64,000 bases of DNA from a virus, in IMG/VR virus record IMGVR_UViG_3300045999_007505; one strand, 5' to 3'. A program made the position numbers and the translations under genes. The notes under the pieces are model-generated. The model was not told where the DNA came from, did not search any database, and saw nothing but the letters and a program-made list of their open reading frames with translations. This document shows positions 19,235-28,697 of the stretch, piece by piece (within the stretch, counting starts at the first letter, position 1; each line of letters begins with the position of its first letter).

Positions 19235-21090
19235 TATTTTATCTCACAAGCTCCGCCTGCACAAGCTAATTCGCCTGATAGGTCTGTGTTATCATCCAAT
19301 TCAATTACTTGTGTCAAGTCAATATTTGTTAATGATTGTAACATGACTTCATATTGGTCTTTGCTAATATCTTCAAATGGTGCTTGCGTATATGTTCCGC
19401 CGTCATATGGCAATACCGATAATCCATTATAATGGTCTCTGTTTTCCCACATCCATTCTCCTGCCATTTCCCATTCATCAGCTTTTAACGAAACCGTTGC
19501 AGATACATTGTGTGTATTGTTTCCTGATCTATGTCCTGGCTTCACCCATTCCAAATGCACTTTCTTGATACGATCCAATAATGCAAATGGAGATTCGGTA
19601 CGAAGAATTGCTCCCTCTGGTGCTTGTTGTGGAATTGAAATAACTGCGGTATCATGTGGACGGAAATATTCATCTTCTACTAATTCTGGATGATATTCTG
19701 CTAAATATGTATAAATGGCTTCATTCTTACCAACTCGAATTCTTCTCATATAATAATCATTGTGCCAAGCATGAATACCTGATGATGTTCCTAATGTCAA
19801 TGATGTTGTTCCTGCAGGTTTAACTGTTGTGGTACGCGCTGAACGATTAATACCAATCAATTCTGCTACTCGTGCATTTTCTTCTTTAACTGCTTTAGCT
19901 GCTGATTTCATATCATATCCTAATACTGTGCCTGAGCCGATACCTGTCATTGATACTCCAATAAGTGCATCTTTCTCAGTTGTGCGTTTCCATACTGGAC
20001 GAAGATAATGAAAATCTGTATATCCTGCTTGAAGTGTTCCAATAAATGCTGCAGCACGTACTCGTGCCATTAAATCTTCTTGCGATTCAATATCCGATGC
20101 ATTTACTTCACATAGGTTACAAAATTGAAATGGTCGAAGTGCAATTTCACAACATGGGTTAGTTCCCCAATCTTTGTCATTGCTCAAATAAATTCCAGGC
20201 TCTCCTGCATTTGATAATTCAACTCGTTTCCACAAATCCATGAAAAACTCTTTGGTAACTTTGTGACGAATCAATACTGCAGAATTATTTGCTCGGCCTC
20301 GTTGTGGATTAATTTCCCACCAGTTACCCGATTTACATGCAATCATTTCTTCATCATCTGCACTAAACAAACTAATTAAAGCTGCTCTACGAATTCCTCC
20401 TGCTAACACTGCATCTGCAACGTGGCATACCATATCATGTACTTCAATTGGAGAAAGTTTGTCGCCATCTTCTTTAGCATCTAAAATACCTTGCAATTTA
20501 ATCAAACATTCTTTTAAAGGTTGTGGTCCCGGAGCTTTTCCTCCTGATGTAACCAATCTTGCACCTTTAGCTCTAATATCTGAAAAATCAAATGAATACG
20601 ATGACCCGCCTTCGAAATAAGATTTAACTAAAACCTTTACTGCATCTGCCCATCCTTCAATTGAATCTGCAATTAGATAACGACGCGTACGTTTTGTATT
20701 TGGTTTGCGAATTTCTGGTAATGCATCAACATGATGTTTTTGTACAGAATATCCAACACCTGTACCGCCTAGCAATAAAAACATTGCCTCAGCAAATGCA
20801 CGATAATCATCTATAGGAAGATATGCACAATTATAAATTCGGTTAGGAGAGATTTCAATTGGCTTACCACCAAATTGCAAACTACGCATTGATGGTAATA
20901 CTTTTTTGTCATAGACGAATTGATATGCTGATTCAATTTGATCCTTTAATTTTGGATACTTTTTGATGTGCATTTCTTTGTTTCTTGTAACTAGTTCTTC
21001 CCATGTTTCTCTGCGGTTAAGCTCGGGAAGATATTTGGCATATTTCATGTATACCGTAATTTCACTTAAGATTTGATTTGAAATCTTCAT
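19234..21090 (-). CDS. nrdJ: Class II (B12-dependent) ribonucleotide reductase
   Basis: PSMR, NCA, GTGVG, RRAALI, TNPCCEI, VKPAGT, C-terminal CAGGACEI; true start probably 21090 (AAGGAG SD), not 21174. Confidence 0.92.
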   Translation of the reverse strand: MKISNQILSEITVYMKYAKYLPELNRRETWEELVTRNKEMHIKKYPKLKDQIESAYQFVYDKKVLPSMRSLQFGGKPIEISPNRIYNCAYLPIDDYRAFAEAMFLLLGGTGVGYSVQKHHVDALPEIRKPNTKRTRRYLIADSIEGWADAVKVLVKSYFEGGSSYSFDFSDIRAKGARLVTSGGKAPGPQPLKECLIKLQGILDAKEDGDKLSPIEVHDMVCHVADAVLAGGIRRAALISLFSADDEEMIACKSGNWWEINPQRGRANNSAVLIRHKVTKEFFMDLWKRVELSNAGEPGIYLSNDKDWGTNPCCEIALRPFQFCNLCEVNASDIESQEDLMARVRAAAFIGTLQAGYTDFHYLRPVWKRTTEKDALIGVSMTGIGSGTVLGYDMKSAAKAVKEENARVAELIGINRSARTTTVKPAGTTSLTLGTSSGIHAWHNDYYMRRIRVGKNEAIYTYLAEYHPELVEDEYFRPHDTAVISIPQQAPEGAILRTESPFALLDRIKKVHLEWVKPGHRSGNNTHNVSATVSLKADEWEMAGEWMWENRDHYNGLSVLPYDGGTYTQAPFEDISKDQYEVMLQSLTNIDLTQVIELDDNTDLSGELACAGGACEIK

Positions 21091-21137
21091 TGTTGTAATC
21101 TCCTTAGATGTTTTTATTAACTTAAATTTTTTAGATG

Positions 21138-21161
21138 AAAAAAGGAAGGACGAATCCTTCC
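21138..21161 (-). terminator. Intrinsic terminator GGAAGGA-TTCG-TCCTTCC-T6
   Basis: Perfect 7-bp stem, UUCG loop and U-tract between helicase and nrdJ. Confidence 0.75.
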
Positions 21162-21173
21162 CGCTTTCTTTCA

Positions 21174-21182
21174 TATAAATAT
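21174..21182 (-). promoter_or_regulatory. Late-type motif ATATTTATA directly upstream of a terminator
   Basis: Motif match with unusual placement. Confidence 0.45.
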
Positions 21183-21186
21183 CATT

Positions 21187-22542
21187 TTATCCCAAAGTTC
21201 CTCCAAGATCTTTAAACTTTTGTGCTAAATTTTGTTTCATCATGTTTTCGCCGGTTTTCATGATCTGAGTAGTTTGTTTGCCTTGTGCCGTTTGTGGTTC
21301 AAAGAATTGGAATTGGCCATTGTTTGTATTGATTTTACTTGGCAATGTAATACCATCCGGGCCAAATCGATTCTTAATAACATGTCCTCTACCAGTTCCT
21401 GACATTTTATCTTCTACCTTTCTAGATAGTGACATTAAAAAGTCAGCAACCATTACTTTACCATATGATGATGCAATTTTATCTGCTTCAATAATATCTT
21501 CTTCTAATGCACTACGTCCTGCTTGCGATGCTGTCCATACTGGAATTTTATATTCTCCTGCCATACCCCGCAATTCTTCATATAAATCTTCCAATGCTTC
21601 GTGCTTATCTTTTTTGGTATTCACTTTGAGCAAGTCACCATAATCCACAATAATTAAATCGGGTGTTTTGCCTTGCATTATTGTTTTTTCTATATGTGCC
21701 TTAAGTGCCATTACTCCTACTGACTTTGTAGGGTAGTATTTAACAATCAAACCTCCCGTTAAAGAACGCATCTTCTCTTCCACAGTGTCTTGATGGTGTT
21801 TCAATGTTTGTGCGTTTATACCAGTTAAAACCGAATCATATCGCTGTCCTACATAATTTTCATTGAGCTCCAATGTATAATGTATAACCGTTTTGCCTGC
21901 TCTTACTGCATTAGCACCAATATTAATAAGCATCCAAGATTTACCAATACCTGCAGGAGCCATTACTACTCCTAATTCGCCTGGAGCTAATCCGCCATCC
22001 ATTAAATCATCGATAACATCCCAACCCGTAGTAATTGTATGACGAGCAGCCTCATTGTAACGAGCAGCTACATTATTAACATAATCCAAACCAATATCAG
22101 TATCAGCACCAGCTTTCATGGCATTATCCATTTTGCTTTTAATTGCATCATAATTACCCATTTTGAGTAACGATACTGAATCCATAATAGCTCGTTTGAT
22201 TTCTTGATTCTTGCAAAACTTAAGGATTTCATCTTTTACAAAAGAAAGGTCATCGGATTCCATATATCGGAATACTTCTTTCAATTGTTCTAACACTGCA
22301 GTTTTTAAGATGTCATTTTCAATTTCTGTTATTTTTACTTTAAGTACATCTTTAGAAGGTGGAGCTTTGTATTGTCTAAAATGTTCCAATACAATTTCTA
22401 ACAACCAACTATTTGCATCTGATTCAAAATATTCAGCTTGAATGATGTCTGCAATTTGTTGTAAAAATATTCGGTCTGTAAATAGTGCGGCTATAACTTT
22501 GACTTGAAAGCCAAAACCATACTCGGAAAGTTTGTCGGTCAT
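21187..22542 (-). CDS. Replicative SF4 helicase (DnaB/T4 gp41-like)
   Basis: APAGIGKS, YTLEL, IIVDYGD, WTASQ, KNRFGPDG. Confidence 0.95.
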   Translation of the reverse strand: MTDKLSEYGFGFQVKVIAALFTDRIFLQQIADIIQAEYFESDANSWLLEIVLEHFRQYKAPPSKDVLKVKITEIENDILKTAVLEQLKEVFRYMESDDLSFVKDEILKFCKNQEIKRAIMDSVSLLKMGNYDAIKSKMDNAMKAGADTDIGLDYVNNVAARYNEAARHTITTGWDVIDDLMDGGLAPGELGVVMAPAGIGKSWMLINIGANAVRAGKTVIHYTLELNENYVGQRYDSVLTGINAQTLKHHQDTVEEKMRSLTGGLIVKYYPTKSVGVMALKAHIEKTIMQGKTPDLIIVDYGDLLKVNTKKDKHEALEDLYEELRGMAGEYKIPVWTASQAGRSALEEDIIEADKIASSYGKVMVADFLMSLSRKVEDKMSGTGRGHVIKNRFGPDGITLPSKINTNNGQFQFFEPQTAQGKQTTQIMKTGENMMKQNLAQKFKDLGGTLG

Positions 22543-22548
22543 ATAACC

Positions 22549-22577
22549 ATTATATAAAAAACGTTGATAAAATCAAA
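22549..22577 (-). promoter_or_regulatory. Sigma70-like promoter TTTGAT-N17-TATAAT
   Basis: Upstream of the helicase. Confidence 0.65.
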
Positions 22578-23645
22578 TTATTTGTGTGTTTGTTTTGCAA
22601 ATGCATTTAAAGACAACCAAGTATTGTTCAACCATTCTGGTAAATTCTTCATGATAGCCCACATCTTATCTTCATAGAATAATCGTTGAAACTCAGCACG
22701 ATTTAATTCTGGTATAGGTTGTTCCATGATACCACGAATCTTGGTTGCAGTCTGTGCTGGTATGTCAAGCAATTTGATATTCATTAATTGATAATTTTGT
22801 TCGATAATGCGACTACTATCAAGAATCTTTTGATAAGATTTAGATTCTTTAATTGATGCTGCGCTTTTGTCAAACAATTGTTGTGTTGTATATGGTGCTT
22901 CATTGGCTAATTCTGGAATCAATTTCAATATAGTTTTTGGTCCTATTCCGTTAACACCAGGAATGTTGTCTGATGCATCGCCTGTAAATGATCTGTAAAT
23001 AACCATGTTAGCAGGATGCACTCCAAATTCTTCTTGCACGGTGTCTACATTATACATTTTCTTTTTGATAGGCGACCATACTTGAATACGATTATCTACC
23101 AATTGGTAAAAGTCTCTGTCCGTAGATACGATAGTAATCTTTTTGCATTCCGTTTCATACATTTGTGCAATATATGCAATAGTATCATCTGCCTCAATTC
23201 CATCCATTGAAATAAACGTAACTGGCAAATTATCTAGATATGAAATCAAACGACTAAATTGATGTCGCATTGATTCTTGTTCTTGCTCCAAAGTAGATTC
23301 ATGATGATCATGACGTCGCAATTTGGTTTTATTTGCCCTATTTGCTTTGTAGTCACCATAAATACGTTTTCTTCGTGCAGAACCCCCGCGGCCATCGAAA
23401 ACAATAATGCATCGAGTTGGTTTAAAATCTCGTATGGTTTTACCCACTGAATATAAAAATCCAGTAATGCCACCAATATGATCGCCATCTTCATTGTATG
23501 CGGGAGTTGCGCCGAAGCTTCTAATAAAAGTGTTCAGCCCGTCAAACACCATGAGATGATCATTGACACTTGACGGAGCAGAACTCTTTTCTTTTTGTAA
23601 CTCTTTGAATAGCTGTTGATACTTATTCTTCATCATAAACTTCAT
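22578..23645 (-). CDS. 5'-3' exonuclease/flap endonuclease (T4 RNase H-like)
   Basis: DGLN, VFDG, YKANR, EADD, STDRDFYQL, GDASDNIPGV.GIGPKT. Confidence 0.93.
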   Translation of the reverse strand: MKFMMKNKYQQLFKELQKEKSSAPSSVNDHLMVFDGLNTFIRSFGATPAYNEDGDHIGGITGFLYSVGKTIRDFKPTRCIIVFDGRGGSARRKRIYGDYKANRANKTKLRRHDHHESTLEQEQESMRHQFSRLISYLDNLPVTFISMDGIEADDTIAYIAQMYETECKKITIVSTDRDFYQLVDNRIQVWSPIKKKMYNVDTVQEEFGVHPANMVIYRSFTGDASDNIPGVNGIGPKTILKLIPELANEAPYTTQQLFDKSAASIKESKSYQKILDSSRIIEQNYQLMNIKLLDIPAQTATKIRGIMEQPIPELNRAEFQRLFYEDKMWAIMKNLPEWLNNTWLSLNAFAKQTHK

Positions 23646-24783
23646 CTACGACAATTACGTCATCAATACCACCATCAACACCGGCTTGATATTTGAAGAT
23701 ATAAGCATCGCATATTCTTTGATATAACCTTTCTTTTGCTTCTGGGTTATTAATAACCTTTTCTGCAAAGTCTTTGCTTTGAAATTTGAATTCGCCAAAT
23801 GATTCTCCGGTTTCGATATCTACGTCATCCATAGTATACCAAGCACCCGATTGTTTAACGATATCAAAATTCTTCATGATGTTTAACCAACCACCAAAAT
23901 TGTCAATGCCAGAATCATAATAAATTTCATAATTGACTTTGCGGTGTGGAGGCCCCATCCTGTTTTTAACTACTTGTACTTCTGTTTTGCTACCCACAAC
24001 TTGTTCAACACCACTTACTTTGGCTTTGATCATTCCGGTATTTTTTAAACGCAATCTAACCGAAGCATGAAATGGAATTGCTTTACCACCTGCAGTTGTC
24101 CATTGATCACCAAATGATACGCCCATTTTAGTACGTAATTGATTGGTAAATATGAGACAAATACGTTCACGTGCAATCCAATTGGTAACTTTTCGCATTG
24201 CTTTGGACAAGATAATGGATTTGCTAGTTGCATAACCATCCTTATCATATTCGGCAGACATTTCAATTTTTGTAGATGCACCCATGATTGAATCCACTAC
24301 AATTGTAACTAAACGATTTTTGTCTGATTTACGTACTCCTTCAACAATAGTTTCAATTGTTTCAAAAATTTCTTCAATTGTCTCTAAAGGAACATAAAGC
24401 ATTGTTTTCAAATCAACGCCGATTGCCGTTAAAAACTCAGAACTTACTGCGGATTCTGTATCAATATATACTGCCAATCCGCCTTTCTTTTGTGTTTCTG
24501 CTAATGTGTGTGCAGCTAACAACGATTTACCAGATGCTTCCAATCCGGTAATTTCAGTGATGCGCCCAACGGGAAAACCTCCATGGGCGCGATTTGAAAT
24601 TGCTAAATCGAGCATCGAGCAACCAGATGATACCCACTCTGTTACATTGCTTGGAGCATCTTCATCGCCATCTAAAAAGAATGCAGTTTTGAGTGCTTGA
24701 CCTTTAAATTGCTTGTTGATACTGTCTGCCAATGTTGATGCTAGAGCATCTTCTATTTCCAGTTTACTTTTACTCTTTGCCAT
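23623..24783 (-). CDS. recA: RecA/UvsX recombinase
   Basis: GRITEITGLEASGKS, YIDTE, IVVDS, FTNQLR, GGKAIPFHASVRL, VKNR. Confidence 0.93.
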   Translation of the reverse strand: MAKSKSKLEIEDALASTLADSINKQFKGQALKTAFFLDGDEDAPSNVTEWVSSGCSMLDLAISNRAHGGFPVGRITEITGLEASGKSLLAAHTLAETQKKGGLAVYIDTESAVSSEFLTAIGVDLKTMLYVPLETIEEIFETIETIVEGVRKSDKNRLVTIVVDSIMGASTKIEMSAEYDKDGYATSKSIILSKAMRKVTNWIARERICLIFTNQLRTKMGVSFGDQWTTAGGKAIPFHASVRLRLKNTGMIKAKVSGVEQVVGSKTEVQVVKNRMGPPHRKVNYEIYYDSGIDNFGGWLNIMKNFDIVKQSGAWYTMDDVDIETGESFGEFKFQSKDFAEKVINNPEAKERLYQRICDAYIFKYQAGVDGGIDDVIVVDEVYDEE

Positions 24784-24798
24784 TTTATAACCTCACTA

Positions 24799-25572
24799 TT
24801 AGTTGTTGAATAAATCATCAAATGCAGAAGCAACATCATCAACTTTTTTAGTTGCAGCTGGTTTAGCAGCCTTTGCTGGTGCTGGAGCTTCTTCTTCATC
24901 GTCTGAATCAACATCTGAATCTGCATTTTCTGGATTCATCCATTCTGCTAATGCTTTTTCTAGTTCGTCATAAGATGGTTCTGGAAACAAATCAGTAATC
25001 GTAGGTTGATTCATGATTTTTTGTGCAATCTCTTTGTCTTCGGTTGCAGGTTGTGTATTTGGCTTAACACGAATTGCAGTCTTTGGATAAGCTCCACCTT
25101 CTGCTGGTGTAAATTCTACATCAATATCACGACCATTCATTAAATCCGTAATGTCGCCATAATCTGGATCTGAAATGATTGAAAGCAATTCTGTGTAGAT
25201 TGTTTTACCAAATCCCCAAAATTTAACACCTTCAGATTCCTTACCACGAATGATTACGGGAACATAGGTACGCATTTTAGGTTCAATTTTACGACCCATC
25301 AACCAATCTTCTTTATCTCCGGTCTTTTTAAGTTTGTCTGCAAATTCTACGATTGGATCTGCATTGCCAAATGTAATTGGAGATAACATGGATTTCTTTC
25401 CGATGTCATAATGAAAATACAATTCTAAAAACGGATTTTCTTTGCGATGAACGTAAGGTACAATTCTTACTCGCGTTTTACCTGATTCAGGTTTCCACAA
25501 ATTTTGTTTTTTGTCATCAGATTTGTTTAACTGATTGAGTTTTGCTTTGATAGCGTCTAAATTCAAGGCCAT
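24799..25572 (-). CDS. Single-stranded DNA-binding protein (T4 gp32-like)
   Basis: LWKP...VRIVP, WGFGKTIY, YGDITD...GRD, acidic tail ending AFDDLFNN. Confidence 0.8.
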   Translation of the reverse strand: MALNLDAIKAKLNQLNKSDDKKQNLWKPESGKTRVRIVPYVHRKENPFLELYFHYDIGKKSMLSPITFGNADPIVEFADKLKKTGDKEDWLMGRKIEPKMRTYVPVIIRGKESEGVKFWGFGKTIYTELLSIISDPDYGDITDLMNGRDIDVEFTPAEGGAYPKTAIRVKPNTQPATEDKEIAQKIMNQPTITDLFPEPSYDELEKALAEWMNPENADSDVDSDDEEEAPAPAKAAKPAATKKVDDVASAFDDLFNN

Positions 25573-25623
25573 TGTTTAATTCCTTTTCTTTAAGTGGTTA
25601 ATAAAATATAAAAATATAATTAC

Positions 25624-25652
25624 AATATAAGTAATTAATTCGTTAATTCAAA
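25624..25652 (-). promoter_or_regulatory. Sigma70-like promoter TTTGAA-N17-TATATT
   Basis: Upstream of SSB. Confidence 0.6.
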
Positions 25653-25678
25653 GTTAATTGGTAAATTTGTTTTACATT

Positions 25679-25687
25679 TATAAATAT
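25679..25687 (-). promoter_or_regulatory. Late-type motif ATATTTATA (second signal upstream of SSB)
   Basis: Intergenic motif match. Confidence 0.5.
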
Positions 25688-25691
25688 CAGT

Positions 25692-26948
25692 TTAAATATA
25701 AATCTTACCTCCTATACTGCCGCCTTTATCTTCGATCATTTTACGTATATCATTTGGCGAGTATATATCATAGTTATCAGCAATTGCAGAACCTATAAAT
25801 TCCATATCACCCTGAACTTTTAAATTTTTAGGAAATTCATCAAAATTTAAATTACTCATGTACAAATCTTTACCAATCGTTAAATTATCAGGTAATGATT
25901 TTATTGATCCGCCGCTGATCCATAGTCTACCCGGTATTGTTAAATTATCAGGCAATGATCGAATTGGAGTATTGGATATTGCTAAACTACCACGAATTGT
26001 TATATCATCAGGCAATGTTTCTACTAAAGTTTTTGAAAGATCTAAACTGCCTACTGTTAAATTTTTTGGTAATGTTTTTATTTCATTACGAGATATGTGT
26101 AATTCGCCGGTTACTGTTAATCCATCGGGTAATGATGTTAATCCAGATGCATATAAATTTAAATCGCCGCGGATTGTTAGATCTTTTTCCGTTAAATTAT
26201 GCACGTTAAATAAAATTTTAGCTTCTACTGGTATTTTGAATCTAGGTCTTTTAAATTCTATAAATTTAAATAAATTATATAATTTAGTTTGATCGGCTGG
26301 TGATGAATATGTGATTGCAGATAAAACTTCATGATCATTTTTATTCATGAAATTTTTTGTTTGGTATGAAAATTGATATTTTTCATCAGAACCAGGTTTA
26401 GAAAAAATAAATAGGGGGCCTTTTGAAATGTATTTATCAAAATGTTCTCTTGTTTTTCCAGTAGCAGTACACCATTGTGTTCCACTTCCCATTTCACAAG
26501 AAACGCCATATAAATCTTTGCGACCCTTTGGCAATTCATATACATCAAACCCTTCAACCGAACCCATATAAAATTCTTGGTATTTATCTGACCGAGCAAC
26601 GCCTTTTTGTTGCGATGGATCTGATTTTTCTTTGTCAAAAATTTCAACTGACTTTATAATAAATTGTTGAATATCTTGTGAGGTTTTATATTGATTTATA
26701 TCTTGAAATGAATATTCTCGTTTTCGACGATCAAATATTTTAAAATATGAATTGTATTTGTATAAATCTTCAGGTTGAATTATTTTACTAGCAACCATTT
26801 TAGTTAACCAAGTAGCATATGCAGATTTACCACCGGTTGCATCAATAATTTCAACGAATTCAGAATCGGTTATTTTGCCAGTATCAACAAATTGTGTTTT
26901 GAGTTGATCGAGTGAAACTTCAAACAATAAAGATTTTAACCGTATCAT
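25692..26948 (-). CDS. Leucine-rich-repeat protein with LLFE leader
   Basis: MIRLKSLLFE; central TQWCTA domain; about five 20-21-aa repeats of the type I.SLPDNLTI.G.L. Confidence 0.7.
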   Translation of the reverse strand: MIRLKSLLFEVSLDQLKTQFVDTGKITDSEFVEIIDATGGKSAYATWLTKMVASKIIQPEDLYKYNSYFKIFDRRKREYSFQDINQYKTSQDIQQFIIKSVEIFDKEKSDPSQQKGVARSDKYQEFYMGSVEGFDVYELPKGRKDLYGVSCEMGSGTQWCTATGKTREHFDKYISKGPLFIFSKPGSDEKYQFSYQTKNFMNKNDHEVLSAITYSSPADQTKLYNLFKFIEFKRPRFKIPVEAKILFNVHNLTEKDLTIRGDLNLYASGLTSLPDGLTVTGELHISRNEIKTLPKNLTVGSLDLSKTLVETLPDDITIRGSLAISNTPIRSLPDNLTIPGRLWISGGSIKSLPDNLTIGKDLYMSNLNFDEFPKNLKVQGDMEFIGSAIADNYDIYSPNDIRKMIEDKGGSIGGKIYI

Positions 26949-26952
26949 ATAT

Positions 26953-26961
26953 TATAAATAT
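26953..26961 (-). promoter_or_regulatory. Late-type motif ATATTTATA
   Basis: 4 nt from the ATG of the LRR gene. Confidence 0.65.
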
Positions 26962-27347
26962 TAATTCCAAACGATTTTCTTGAAAAATACGAGGTCAATT
27001 ACTCGGTATCCCGCATCATCTGTTAGGATAAAAGAATTTTGATATTTGGTCCAATCCAATCGATATGTTTTGTCTAATACTCCGTTGTTAACAACACGAA
27101 TAACTTCATTAAGTGCATTAACGGTATATAAGGTATTGGTTTCTTTTTTGCGGTGAATGCTAATTGTATTCTGTCCCCGTTGTGTTCCTGCATCTGCATT
27201 GTATGTGCAATATAAATTGTCTGTAGCTTCTGCATTGGCAAATACGAAGATTCTGCGTTCTGGTATGGTATAGCTTTGTTGTATGTAATCTGATACTATG
27301 TTTAAATCTGATTTATGTGCAAATGTGCAAAGTAGTTGTGTTTTCAT
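26961..27347 (-). CDS. Hypothetical protein
   Basis: TQLLCTF...HRKKETNTLYTVNALN. Confidence 0.7.
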   Translation of the reverse strand: MKTQLLCTFAHKSDLNIVSDYIQQSYTIPERRIFVFANAEATDNLYCTYNADAGTQRGQNTISIHRKKETNTLYTVNALNEVIRVVNNGVLDKTYRLDWTKYQNSFILTDDAGYRVIDLVFFKKIVWN

Positions 27348-27353
27348 TCTTCA

Positions 27354-28697
27354 TCAATCCTGCGGTTTTTTTGTTACTTTAGTATTTAGTTGACTACCTA
27401 ATACAAATAATTTATTTTGGTGAAAATTTGCAATTGCTGGTGATAATCGATCATTGCGACATTTTAAAATGGGTGCTAATTCATCAGCAGCTTCTAAAAA
27501 CAATGTTTCGTTTGATTTGATTATCATGCCCCACCAATTTACCGATGTAATTTTTTCAACAACCATTTTATCTACAATATTGCAAAATGCATGAATCATG
27601 GTATCTAAATTATCATCCAATTGATAAAATGATTGTAGTTTTTTGCTTATATTTTGTAACATTGGAATATCTGATTCGTCGCCTAATTTAATAATTCGTC
27701 GAATATCTGTTTCAGTTTTTTCTGTATCTAAAAAATCTAAAACCGAATTAATTTGTTCTCGACCTTTTGATTTGCTAATATCCTGGCCAGTTAATAGTTT
27801 TGCCATTTCTAAAAAACTATTCAACAATTGTACGCCTTCTGAAGATAACGATCCAAAATCAAAAGTAATCTTTTCATAGTTTTTCAATGAAACTGTTTGA
27901 TTGCCAACTTCGATATCTGCTTCAATGCCAGATTCGCCAGCAACTGCTCCTTTAACTAAGCCACCATATGAAATTGCAAACCATAATTCTGATTCATCGC
28001 CATTTGGAATTTTAATCGTATTTTTGATTATATTATATAATGTACTATAAACTCCTCGAATGGGTACAACTCCTGTTGCTAATCGCATTTTTACTGGGCC
28101 GGTAATTAAATCAATTAATTGATCAGTTTCATCACTACTCATAACAGCATCATACATAGCAGGCAATCCGATTATTTGCTGGCCTTCTACGCTAAACTTT
28201 GTTTTAATATATTGTTCAAATGACGCAGCATCATTAAATAAATCCGATGTATTTAGTGTTTTACTAATATTGATTCCATTAATTACATACGTTTTTTCTA
28301 ATTGAAAAGACAAATTAAATTTATATACATTGTATTTAGATTTTAAATTTAATTGTTGCAAAAATTGATTAGTTGTTATTGAAACAGATTGAATTTCATT
28401 TTGTGCAGCATCGTTAATATCAAAATCATGATCATCAAATGGTTGTTCTGAATAAATTGTAATTGAATTAGAGGTTTCAATTCGAAACACTCTATTACTA
28501 TACATTGATTTAATATCAATCAATTCAGTTGCTTCCGTAATACCTTGTGCTCGATTGACAACGTGTTGCGCTTCAAGCGGCGAAAGATCCGTCATTTCTA
28601 AAATGATATCGTATAACATCTTGTAATCTCGAGATTGAGTTGGATATCCTTTTGGTAATCTGTAACTCCATTCTGTTAATATTGAATCTATAGTCAT
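27354..28697 (-). CDS. Hypothetical protein with ILTE leader; possible PD-(D/E)XK-like C-terminal domain
   Basis: MTIDSILTEWSYRLPKGYP; GDESE...ADIEV...SLK; late motif at 28721-28728. Confidence 0.6.
   Translation of the reverse strand: MTIDSILTEWSYRLPKGYPTQSRDYKMLYDIILEMTDLSPLEAQHVVNRAQGITEATELIDIKSMYSNRVFRIETSNSITIYSEQPFDDHDFDINDAAQNEIQSVSITTNQFLQQLNLKSKYNVYKFNLSFQLEKTYVINGINISKTLNTSDLFNDAASFEQYIKTKFSVEGQQIIGLPAMYDAVMSSDETDQLIDLITGPVKMRLATGVVPIRGVYSTLYNIIKNTIKIPNGDESELWFAISYGGLVKGAVAGESGIEADIEVGNQTVSLKNYEKITFDFGSLSSEGVQLLNSFLEMAKLLTGQDISKSKGREQINSVLDFLDTEKTETDIRRIIKLGDESDIPMLQNISKKLQSFYQLDDNLDTMIHAFCNIVDKMVVEKITSVNWWGMIIKSNETLFLEAADELAPILKCRNDRLSPAIANFHQNKLFVLGSQLNTKVTKKPQD

Noticed and set aside
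21091-21174. N-terminal 28-aa extension of NrdJ, or a cobalamin riboswitch
   Set aside because: An SD-led ATG at 21090 fits better; the region is too short and lacks B12-box features
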